Shown: positions 10,049 to 17,689 of the stretch, piece by piece
Numbering within the stretch: the stretch's first letter is position 1
Layout of the letters: the number at the start of each line of letters is the position of its first letter
From: Isosphaeraceae bacterium
Lineage (GTDB): Bacteria; Planctomycetota; Planctomycetia; Isosphaerales; Isosphaeraceae
Length of the DNA stretch: 64,000 nucleotides
Assembly: GCA_965201075.1 (NCBI GenBank)
Contig: CBDAVP010000004.1
Span: 62,001 to 126,000, forward strand
Direction of reading: 5' to 3'
The notes under the pieces: model-generated
The model's database searches: none
What the model was told of the DNA's origin: nothing
What the model saw: the letters and a program-made list of their open reading frames with translations, nothing else
Program-made: the position numbers and the translations under genes

Positions 10049-10849
10049 TCACCGGCGTGATCGGGTATTCGCCGGGGATGTAGGCCGGCAGGTCGCCGCG
10101 GTCGATGGGTCGGGGGGTGGGCGGCTAGTTTTGAACTGGGAGCGATACCAGCCAAGGCGACGGTCGACGCCCCTGGCTTCCTTGCGCAGTTCCTTCAACT
10201 CCGGCGTGACCGGGCCGAGGCCGGCCATCGCGGCGGCTCGTTCGGTGGCGTCGATGGGGGTGAGGATCACGGCGAGGTCGCGGTGACGCTGGGCCTGCGC
10301 CTTGGCCAGGGCGATGAGGTGGGTTTTGGGGTCGGCGTTGGGTGGGGTGTCCAGCGGGGTGACGGCATCTCGCAGTTCGGGCGGGATTCCCAGGAGGTTC
10401 ATGGCGAGCAGACGGTTGGGCTCGGACCAGACGCCCCGGGCCTCGGCGGTGGCCAGGAGGAGATCCCAGCGTTCGGCCAGGAGTTCGCAGCCGTGCTTGG
10501 TCCTGCGTAACCGGGAGATGATGAGAGCGGGGTGACGCATCAAGCCGGCGGCGAGGGCCTCGACGTCGGCGCGGCGGTCGTGATCCCAGTAGAGTTGGGC
10601 ACGTTGGGCCTGGGCGTGTCGCAAGAGGATTTCTTGCTGGTGGATGCGATCGGTGTGGAGAGTGGTTTGGCCGACGCCCTGTTCGAGCCAGAGTTCGTAT
10701 TCGTCCCAGGGTTTGAGAGAGGAATTCCAGAGGTTCATGCGGTCGATGAGGGCCTGGGCCTCCTGGTCGGGGGGGATGACTCTGAGGGTGGCCAGGGGAA
10801 GCGGGGCGTTGGGTTGGGATTCGGAGAGGGTTGCGGGTTCGGGGGCCAT
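10049..10849 (-). CDS. Hypothetical helical protein; probable frameshift near 10110 would extend it to 9957
   Basis: 266-aa ORF with plausible codon usage (LYWDHDRR, LRRTKHGCELLAERW); an alternative frame beyond a G/C run continues with high GC3 to TGA at 9957-9959. Confidence 0.65.
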   Translation of the reverse strand: MAPEPATLSESQPNAPLPLATLRVIPPDQEAQALIDRMNLWNSSLKPWDEYELWLEQGVGQTTLHTDRIHQQEILLRHAQAQRAQLYWDHDRRADVEALAAGLMRHPALIISRLRRTKHGCELLAERWDLLLATAEARGVWSEPNRLLAMNLLGIPPELRDAVTPLDTPPNADPKTHLIALAKAQAQRHRDLAVILTPIDATERAAAMAGLGPVTPELKELRKEARGVDRRLGWYRSQFKTSRPPPDPSTAATCRPTSPANTRSRR

Positions 10850-11096
10850 GAGGGAGGCTCGCGGAGAAGGACGAGTTGGAGTATTGGGAGCCTCCCGTAG
10901 AGGTAGTATGGCGCGCGGGTGGGGGGAATGCGAAGCGAATTATTGCGTTTACGGGAAGTTGTCGTTGGATTGCGAGTGTGCGTTCGGCCGTGGTGTTGGG
11001 TCCAAGGGTTGTGTCGGAGCCGAGGATCTTGGACTAAATAGATATACGAAGGGTTCAAGGCGTATATTGCACGAGTGGGAGAATAACCCGTTTAAG

Positions 11097-11117
11097 GGAA
11101 AAGTAGAATGACCCCTT
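11097..11117 (+). repeat. RAYT-associated repeat GGAAAAGTAGAATGACCCCTT (copy 1)
   Basis: Perfect 21-bp inverted match to 11695-11715; core repeated again at 12414, 12480 and 12530. Confidence 0.92.
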
Positions 11118-11259
11118 TTCCCCGCTCGGCCTCCCCACACCGGCTATCGCCCGACCCCCTGTCTCATCGGGTCCCATCTCCGGCCACCATCGTCGCTGGG
11201 GACGAGCTTGGAGGTGGTCGTGGTGGGGGGTGGGGGGCGGACGGGGTGGCTAGCGGTGT

Positions 11260-11619
11260 CTATGACATCGGTTTTCCGGTTTTCACGAACATGTCAATAT
11301 CATCCAGAGCATCCTGAACCTTCCCGGTGTAACGGGAATCGACCACAATCGATTGGAGAGCAGGAATCACCAAGTCTTTGTCGATAGATTGGTTGACCCT
11401 AGCGGTGTGTGCGAGAGAAAGTATCGCAGCCGAAACTATGATTTCATTCTCATGAAACAAGCATTTCAAAGCATGACTTTGGACCCATCGCCAATCTTCA
11501 TCATGAAGGCCGATGGATATCAAGGTTCGGGCGACCAACTGGAGATCATTGCTGCTAAGAGCCTCGTCCGCCTCCGTGTGTGATATAGGGCCAATTTCCT
11601 CGTATTTGAGACCTTGCAT
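11260..11619 (-). CDS. Putative polymorphic-toxin immunity protein (HEAT-like helical), low GC
   Basis: 119 aa; visibly AT-richer than surroundings (26/60 GC on line 11401); DWRWVQ..AAILSLAHTAR..ALDDIDMF pattern recalled from proteins encoded downstream of Rhs-type toxins; TAATG coupling to an upstream gene remnant. Confidence 0.6.
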   Translation of the reverse strand: MQGLKYEEIGPISHTEADEALSSNDLQLVARTLISIGLHDEDWRWVQSHALKCLFHENEIIVSAAILSLAHTARVNQSIDKDLVIPALQSIVVDSRYTGKVQDALDDIDMFVKTGKPMS

Positions 11620-11693
11620 TACTTGACCTTTCCCTTCTGGGTCACTTGTCCAGCCTTGACCAAGGCCCTCTGCATGTCCGGGTGGAAGGTCGA
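11619..11693 (-). pseudogene. 3' remnant (24 codons) of an upstream gene, putative toxin C-terminus
   Basis: Frame STFHPDMQRALVKAGQVTQKGKVK-TAA; stop overlaps the ATG of the next gene; begins 1 nt after the repeat boundary. Confidence 0.5.
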
Positions 11694-11694
11694 T

Positions 11695-11715
11695 AAGGGG
11701 TCATTCTACTTTTCC
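11695..11715 (-). repeat. RAYT-associated repeat (copy 2), contains transposase stop codon
   Basis: aaggggtcattctacttttcc is the reverse complement of GGAAAAGTAGAATGACCCCTT; transposase TAG at 11706-11708. Confidence 0.92.
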
Positions 11716-12374
11716 ACATGTTTCTTTGGCCGTCCCCTGGGTCGTAGGGTGGACTCGAGACCTAATCCCTCGGCGGCTTGGCGTGTCCAGGCTTCCGAGC
11801 CGTAGGGCGAGCCCCGGGTTACACAGTGCCGCAAGGCCGCTAGCTCCGCTTCGCTCATGGGTTGGTTGACGCGTGCGATCCGCTGAGCGTTGGAGAGTTC
11901 CGGGACCGGTTCCAGCTCCACGGGTCCGGGCGGCCGGGCGATCGCGTGGAGCGAGCCGTGGGGCCAGCCCTCGGCGCGACGCACCAGCCCGGCACGCAGG
12001 GCGTTGCGTTCCACGTAGCGGAGGACCGTCAGGAGGTGACTGTCGTCCTGAGAGGGAAATGCCTTGAATCGCCCCTGCCAGACGTGGCCGCTGGAGCCGT
12101 AGTGGCGACGGTAACGCCGGACGTGGGTTGTCAGCAACCATTGCATCCAACGCGACAGGTCGCCGTCGCCGTGGGGCCGCACCACCAGATGGAAGTGGTT
12201 GGGCATGACGCAGTAGCCCAGCACCCGCATCGGCAAGCGAGCCTGGGCGTCGGCGATGCCTTCCAGGAAGGCCAGGTAGTCGCCAGGCTTGTGGAAGACC
12301 TCGGCTCGGCCGTTGCCCCGGTTCAGAACGTGGTAGCAATAGTCGGCGACCGAGGCCCGGAGAGTGCGTGCCAT
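11706..12374 (-). CDS. REP-associated tyrosine (HUH/Y1) transposase, RAYT-like
   Basis: YHVLNRGNGR, YCVMPNHFHL (HUH), GHVWQGRFKAF, RYVERNALRAGLV (catalytic Tyr), C-terminal RPRGRPKK. Confidence 0.92.
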   Translation of the reverse strand: MARTLRASVADYCYHVLNRGNGRAEVFHKPGDYLAFLEGIADAQARLPMRVLGYCVMPNHFHLVVRPHGDGDLSRWMQWLLTTHVRRYRRHYGSSGHVWQGRFKAFPSQDDSHLLTVLRYVERNALRAGLVRRAEGWPHGSLHAIARPPGPVELEPVPELSNAQRIARVNQPMSEAELAALRHCVTRGSPYGSEAWTRQAAEGLGLESTLRPRGRPKKHVEK

Positions 12375-12556
12375 AACCGATATTTTAGCGAGAACAGAGA
12401 AGCGGGGCGAGCTAAAAGTAGAATGACCCCTTTTTCCCCTAACCGATATTTTAGCGAGAACAGAGAAGCGGGGCGAGCTAAAAGTAGAATGACCCCTTTT
12501 TCCCCCAGAACAGAGAAGCGGGGCGAGCTAAAAGTAGAATGACCTTTTTTTTCCCC
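12374..12556 (+). repeat. Tandem repeat upstream of RAYT: two exact 66-bp units plus one ~50-bp partial unit
   Basis: 12374-12439 = 12440-12505; third truncated unit 12507-12556; each ends in AAAAGTAGAATGACC(CC)TTTTT..CCCC. Confidence 0.95.
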
Positions 12557-12603
12557 TTTTTCCCTTCGAGCCAGACCGAAGCGAGTCCGTATTGGTTCCA
12601 GGC

Positions 12604-13488
12604 TCAGAGCCAGATTTTCAGGCGGTCGCGCAACGACTCGGGCAGTCGGCGTGACACGATCCGCTGAATCTGGTCGGGGTGTAATCTCGTGCTGTAGTGC
12701 GAGGCGATGATCCAGTCGTTGTGGAACCTGTCCGCGCGGGCGAGGATGTCGTCCAGGTGGGTATGACCAAACTTGTGGATCTTGTCGGGCCGTTCGGCCG
12801 GTCCGACGAAGGTCATCTCCGTGATGAGGATCTCGGCTAGGTAGATGTCCGGGTGGGCGTCGAGGCCGGGGGGGGCGGTGTCTCCCAGGTAGGCGACCTT
12901 GGGGACTCGCACTTCGGCCGAGACCTCGACTCCCGAGAGGCGGATGTCACGAATTTGTTCGCCCGGTAGGTCGAAATACTCGGGCTTGAGCTTGCGGCGT
13001 CGGTCGTAGACGATGAACCCGAGCGAGGGAATCGTGTGCCGGGTGGCGAATGCGGCGACGACCAGTTCCCGGGACAGTTCGATTTCGTCCCCAGGCGCGA
13101 CCGCGACGAGATTGACCGGCATCCGGCCGCGGTCGAGACGCTGAAAGGCCCTCAGGACGGCGTTGACCCCCTCGATGGCTTCGCCGGGGAGATAAATCGT
13201 CGGCGGCTCCATCTTGAGCATTCGTCGGCGCGCGACGTAGACCGGCAGGGCGGCGATGTGGTCGAGGTGGGCGTGCGAGACGAACCAGGTGGGGGTCGTC
13301 ATGAACGACCAGGGCTGGCCGCCGAGGTCAAACCCCAGCTTCATCTCGGGGATGCGCCAGTAGGTTTGCACCGCGGCTCGCGAATAGCCCTCGACGGTCA
13401 GTCCTTTGTGGGACAGGGTGCGCACCGGCGCGTTGTCGACGGGGTGGTCCAGGTCTTCGGGGGACGTGTCTACCTCGTCCAAGAGCAT
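12604..13488 (-). CDS. MBL-fold metallo-hydrolase, tRNase Z-like
   Basis: EGYSRAA, SHAHLDH (HxHxDH), [14 protein letters not shown] exosite, GDT, GHTHL, HYS. Confidence 0.85.
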   Translation of the reverse strand: MLLDEVDTSPEDLDHPVDNAPVRTLSHKGLTVEGYSRAAVQTYWRIPEMKLGFDLGGQPWSFMTTPTWFVSHAHLDHIAALPVYVARRRMLKMEPPTIYLPGEAIEGVNAVLRAFQRLDRGRMPVNLVAVAPGDEIELSRELVVAAFATRHTIPSLGFIVYDRRRKLKPEYFDLPGEQIRDIRLSGVEVSAEVRVPKVAYLGDTAPPGLDAHPDIYLAEILITEMTFVGPAERPDKIHKFGHTHLDDILARADRFHNDWIIASHYSTRLHPDQIQRIVSRRLPESLRDRLKIWL

Positions 13489-13631
13489 GCGCCTCCGGTC
13501 TCGATCGGTGGGGCGTCGTGGTCGGACGCCCGGGAGGTCCGAGTATACTCGGCGTTGGCGAGGTCGTCAGCCGGCCCGCGACCGTGAGACGGTCGGGCTT
13601 GGAGCCTCGGCCCTCGGAGTGGGAAGGTGGG

Positions 13632-14735
13632 ATGATGCGGAACGTGGTTGTGTATGGTCCGGCGTACCTGGACCGAGTTTTGCGGGTTGACCGGCCGATC
13701 CTGGACTCTTCGCAGGGCGGGCCGGTGGACCAGGGGGCCGATGTCCGTTGGGAGCCTGGCCAGGGGCTGGTTCTGGCCGACCCGGGTGGGGGACGGTTGC
13801 GGATCGAGCTTCCCGAAGGTTGGCCGGGGCCCAACGGGACCGCTCGACTCGACCGCGAGCTGGTGACGGGGGGTGGGGACTGGTCCCGCACGCTTCGAGG
13901 GGTTTTCTGGAAGGATGACCTGGGCGGGATGGGTTCCGGGTTCGCCAAGGCTCTGGGCGGAACCCTCGTTTGCCCGCTCGGCGATGAGGGAGGCCTCCTC
14001 AGTTCGACCGTGCTCGACCGTTTGCGAGCGGAAGGCATCGCCGTGAGGCCCATCCTTGTGCCGGGGGGCCAGGCCGATTGGACCTTGCTGGTCACCAGCG
14101 GCGAGCATGGCGACAAGTTGCCGTTGGGATCTCGCGGTCTCTTGGCGAGTCTGGAAACGCTCGGGGCGCGGCGAGAGCCCGGTGGGGACCTCGTGGTGGT
14201 GGCGTCGCTGAACAACCGCCTGGCGATCGAGGCGTTGCGGATTTCGGAGGGAGCGACGCGCCTGCTGGCACCGACGACCCGGACCATGCTCGACCGCGAC
14301 CCGCCCTTGACGGAGTTGGCCGGGCATGCGGAGGTTCTCAGTTGCAACCGTCGGGAGTGGGAGAGCCTGGAAACGGCCGATCGTGAGGCAGTGGAGGCCC
14401 AGGTGGCGGTGGTCGCCGTCACCGATGGAGCGGCCGGGGCCACCTTGCGATTCCAGTCCCTCGACGGCGGTGGTCGGGAAGTTCGCGTCCCCGCGTTCCC
14501 CAGGAGGCACCCGCCCCTCGACACGAATCGCGCGGGGGAAGCGTTTGCCTCGACTTTGGTTGCGGCCCTGGTCGGAGCCGGTTGGCGGCGAGGGCCGGTC
14601 GTTGAGGGACTGGTGGAACGTTCCGCCCGCAGAGCCTCGGCCGCGTCGGCGCTGGTTCTGGATCGGCGGGATTTCGGGTTTCCCAGCGAGTCGGAGGTGG
14701 ACCAAGCGCTCCGCCGGGGTGTGGTTGGACCTTGA
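13632..14735 (+). CDS. PfkB-family carbohydrate kinase
   Basis: N-terminal VVVYGPAYLD, CNRREW, VTDGAAG, DTNRAGEAFAS (variant of DTxGAGD). Confidence 0.78.
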   Translation: MMRNVVVYGPAYLDRVLRVDRPILDSSQGGPVDQGADVRWEPGQGLVLADPGGGRLRIELPEGWPGPNGTARLDRELVTGGGDWSRTLRGVFWKDDLGGMGSGFAKALGGTLVCPLGDEGGLLSSTVLDRLRAEGIAVRPILVPGGQADWTLLVTSGEHGDKLPLGSRGLLASLETLGARREPGGDLVVVASLNNRLAIEALRISEGATRLLAPTTRTMLDRDPPLTELAGHAEVLSCNRREWESLETADREAVEAQVAVVAVTDGAAGATLRFQSLDGGGREVRVPAFPRRHPPLDTNRAGEAFASTLVAALVGAGWRRGPVVEGLVERSARRASAASALVLDRRDFGFPSESEVDQALRRGVVGP

Positions 14736-14768
14736 GTCTCGGCCAGGTCGACTCGATCCCTCAGCGCG

Positions 14769-16448
14769 TCATGACGCCCGCACGCCAGTTGGAAATGGGG
14801 CGCCGGCGCCGGGGAGGCCCAACGGTCGCTCCTTGGTGGAGGGTGTCAGGGTCGCGGCGGGATGGGGTGTTCCGCGGGACCAGTCACGCACTCGGGCTTC
14901 GGCCTCTTGCAGGGCGGCGGCCATCCAGTTGGCCTTGGCTTCCCGGTACTGCGACGAGCCAACCTCGTAGAGCGTGGAACTTGGGAAGCTACGGACGTGG
15001 TCGATGTTGTCGTCGGTTTGACGCTCGTAGTTCGCCTCGGGGCCGAGCAGCACGGGCGTGATCCCGGCCTGGCGAAGGGTCCAGTTGAAGCCGGTCTCGG
15101 TGTCCATCCAGTCGAGGGAATCGGGTTGATACGACCCTTTCATCGTCCGGTAGCGCTCGAAGCTCCAGGAGGCTCCGATGCGACGCATTGTCGGGACGTG
15201 GAGCATCGTGGCGGTGTGCGAGACCATCCACTCCCAGTCGCGGGTCAGCCAGCTTCGGTCACTCATCTGGTAGCCGATGGCCGGGGTGGTCTCTCCGCAA
15301 CGGGCGCGCAGCCACTCAATCCAGTCTCGACGGCGGACGAAGCAGTCGGCGTGGGTGCAGTAGAGGAATTCGGTGTGGACCAGGGCCCAGGCAACATCCA
15401 TCGCCGCGGCGACGGGCTCCGAGGCGTGGGTCCAGGCGTGGGACCGCAGGTAGTGAATCTCCAGGTCCTCGCCACGCATCCGCTCCAGTTCCTGGCAGGT
15501 CGCTTCGTTGCTGCCGGTATCCAGGACCAGGATGTACGGCGGTTCGCTCTGGTGCCTGAGGGTCTCGACCGACCCTCGCAGGGGGGCAGGCGTGTTGAGG
15601 TGGGGGATCACGGCGGTGACCCGGTAATCCCAGGGCTTGCGGGCGCAACGGCCCTCGTAGCGACGTGGAGTGTCGCCGGTGCCCAGCGGGGCGATGAGGT
15701 CCCAGCGGCCCGCGCCACCCAGACCGGCCGAGGGGCCGGAGGCGCCGTTCGCGCCGTGGTCGTGGGCAGGGAGGACAGGCGGCCGGCGATGGAACCGCTC
15801 GTACTCGGCGGGCAGGCTCCAGGCCCGGAAGACCCGCCGGTCCTCGTCGGGAATCCCCTCGGGTTCGCCCGCTCGGTAGACCCCCGGGGCGCCGGGCATC
15901 CCCTTGATCCCGACGTGCAGGCCCGCGCCCGTGAAAACGTGCTTCAGACCCCGGAATCGGGACCAAAGTTCGAGGTCGATCAGACGGCAGTCGCCCCGAC
16001 AGCACTCGGCCAGGTCGGGGAGGGCCTCCGCCGTGAAGCCAGTCTGCGCGAGACTGGCGTGCTCGGTGTTCGACCAGACGTGGTAGCGGCCCTCGGCGAC
16101 GTCGTAGTAAGCCGCCCGGCCCTCCCCCGCCAGGGCGTAACGGTCGAGCATCCGGTCCATCCGCTCGAGGTAGTTGGGCCGGTAGAAGTCGTCGTCTTCC
16201 AGGATCAGAACCTTGTTTCCTCGAACGTGCTCCAGCGCAAGCAGGAGGTTTTGCTTCTGGCTGGCCGTGCCGGGCTCGCCGCCGGTCTCGCGGAACACCT
16301 CCTGGCCCATTCGGTAGTCGTAGGGCTGCGACCCATCGTTGACGACAATCCACTGGTAGGGCTTGCGGAAGGTCTGGGCCCCGACCCAGCGCTGGAGGAG
16401 GTCAAAGGCCTCGGGGCGGTCGCGGGTGGGAGTGATCAGGGAAAGCAT
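14769..16448 (-). CDS. Tandem two-domain GT-A (family 2-like) glycosyltransferase
   Basis: Domain 1 LITPT..WIVVNDG..ILEDDD..GIKGMPG; domain 2 VTAVIPH..LVLDTGS..THADC. Confidence 0.82.
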   Translation of the reverse strand: MLSLITPTRDRPEAFDLLQRWVGAQTFRKPYQWIVVNDGSQPYDYRMGQEVFRETGGEPGTASQKQNLLLALEHVRGNKVLILEDDDFYRPNYLERMDRMLDRYALAGEGRAAYYDVAEGRYHVWSNTEHASLAQTGFTAEALPDLAECCRGDCRLIDLELWSRFRGLKHVFTGAGLHVGIKGMPGAPGVYRAGEPEGIPDEDRRVFRAWSLPAEYERFHRRPPVLPAHDHGANGASGPSAGLGGAGRWDLIAPLGTGDTPRRYEGRCARKPWDYRVTAVIPHLNTPAPLRGSVETLRHQSEPPYILVLDTGSNEATCQELERMRGEDLEIHYLRSHAWTHASEPVAAAMDVAWALVHTEFLYCTHADCFVRRRDWIEWLRARCGETTPAIGYQMSDRSWLTRDWEWMVSHTATMLHVPTMRRIGASWSFERYRTMKGSYQPDSLDWMDTETGFNWTLRQAGITPVLLGPEANYERQTDDNIDHVRSFPSSTLYEVGSSQYREAKANWMAAALQEAEARVRDWSRGTPHPAATLTPSTKERPLGLPGAGAPFPTGVRAS

Positions 16449-16483
16449 CGCGGACGTCCCGGGGCCATTCGGATCGGAAGGGT

Positions 16484-17689
16484 TCAGTCCAGGTCACCAA
16501 GAAACCGGGCGGCGCGACGGCCTTCGTCGGCCTCGGCGACAGCCCAAAGGGTACTGCGGTCGCCGATGTGCTGAGCCAGGCTCGGGCAGGGATAGGAGAC
16601 CGGAATGCCCCGTCGAGAAGCCCAGCGGCCGACGGCAACGCCCGGACCGGCCAGACCGTCGGCTCGGCCGGTTCTTCGCCAGTCGAGGACCTCGGGGTCG
16701 GTCACGAATTGCCTGGCCAGCTCGGCCGGGAAGATCAAGGTCAAGCTCCCCAGGGCCCAGCCTCCGGGCGGTCGATGCCAGCCGTCGTCCGGTCGGTCGT
16801 AGGCCGAGGGGCAGTAGAGCGACACCACCCCGGGCCGGTCTCCAGGCCAGAGCACCCCTTCGAGGTACTCTCTCAAGTTCAGCCGGTCGTGGTACAGGAC
16901 GTCATCCTCGGCCAGGAAATAGGCGTCGGCGTCGGGGTCGCGCATCAGTAACTCGACCAGCAAAAGGTAGAAATTCGGCCAGGAGCCGGCCGGTTGCCCC
17001 CGTTGAACCATCCGCCGGTGTTCGTGGCGAGGGGCCAGCGGGACCGGCCCATCGGACGAGACCATCGCCTCGGGCCAACCGGCGCGTACGAGGCTGTCCA
17101 GGGACCAATCCACGAGGGAGGGCTTCCGAGGCGACGTCCGGACCCCAACGGCCCAGCGACGCACCCTCGACCCGCAACGATGGTTCGGACGGGGCAGCCA
17201 TTCCCCGATTGGCCGAGGGGAGGGACGCACCCGATCGGACCAATGACGGCAACGGTGGCAATCGTCCGGGGTCGTCCGGGCGGTGCCGTGTCCAGGCAGT
17301 CGACATGCGAAGGTGGGACGTACCGGTTCCTCCGTCAAGGCGTCGCCGAGGTGGATGCAGGGGACGAACGACCTCGCGGGAAGGCTGGGCAGCGGGTGAT
17401 CCTCATGAAGGGCGACCCGCAGCCGCTCCTGGACCCATTGGCGGCGAGCGTTGGGGGCCCCGTCCTCCCGGCCCAGACCGCGATCGACCAGCGAGGCGAT
17501 CACGGGATTGATGCGTGTCGGGCTGGGCAACGGGCGCCGGCAGCAGGCCCGGCAGGCGTCCTCGCCGACAGGTATTCCGTCGCCGCCCAGGGCCGCCAAT
17601 TCTCCCGCCAGTCGGCAGAAGGCGAGCCCGGATGGCCCCTGGGTCGCGATCCGAAAGGGGCAGGTCGACGGGTCGCGAACGCCGATCAC
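16484..17689 (-). CDS. Putative GT-A glycosyltransferase with Cys-rich N-terminal modules
   Basis: N-terminal CRACC module, CIHLG..C..HG..CHRC cluster, WAVGV..EDDVL..SLYCPS..PSLAQHIG. Confidence 0.7.
   Translation of the reverse strand: MIGVRDPSTCPFRIATQGPSGLAFCRLAGELAALGGDGIPVGEDACRACCRRPLPSPTRINPVIASLVDRGLGREDGAPNARRQWVQERLRVALHEDHPLPSLPARSFVPCIHLGDALTEEPVRPTFACRLPGHGTARTTPDDCHRCRHWSDRVRPSPRPIGEWLPRPNHRCGSRVRRWAVGVRTSPRKPSLVDWSLDSLVRAGWPEAMVSSDGPVPLAPRHEHRRMVQRGQPAGSWPNFYLLLVELLMRDPDADAYFLAEDDVLYHDRLNLREYLEGVLWPGDRPGVVSLYCPSAYDRPDDGWHRPPGGWALGSLTLIFPAELARQFVTDPEVLDWRRTGRADGLAGPGVAVGRWASRRGIPVSYPCPSLAQHIGDRSTLWAVAEADEGRRAARFLGDLD

Noticed and set aside
12374..12556. Possible CRISPR array (also 54377-54484)
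   Set aside because: Inter-repeat sequences are identical or nearly so, only 2-3 units, no cas genes in the window
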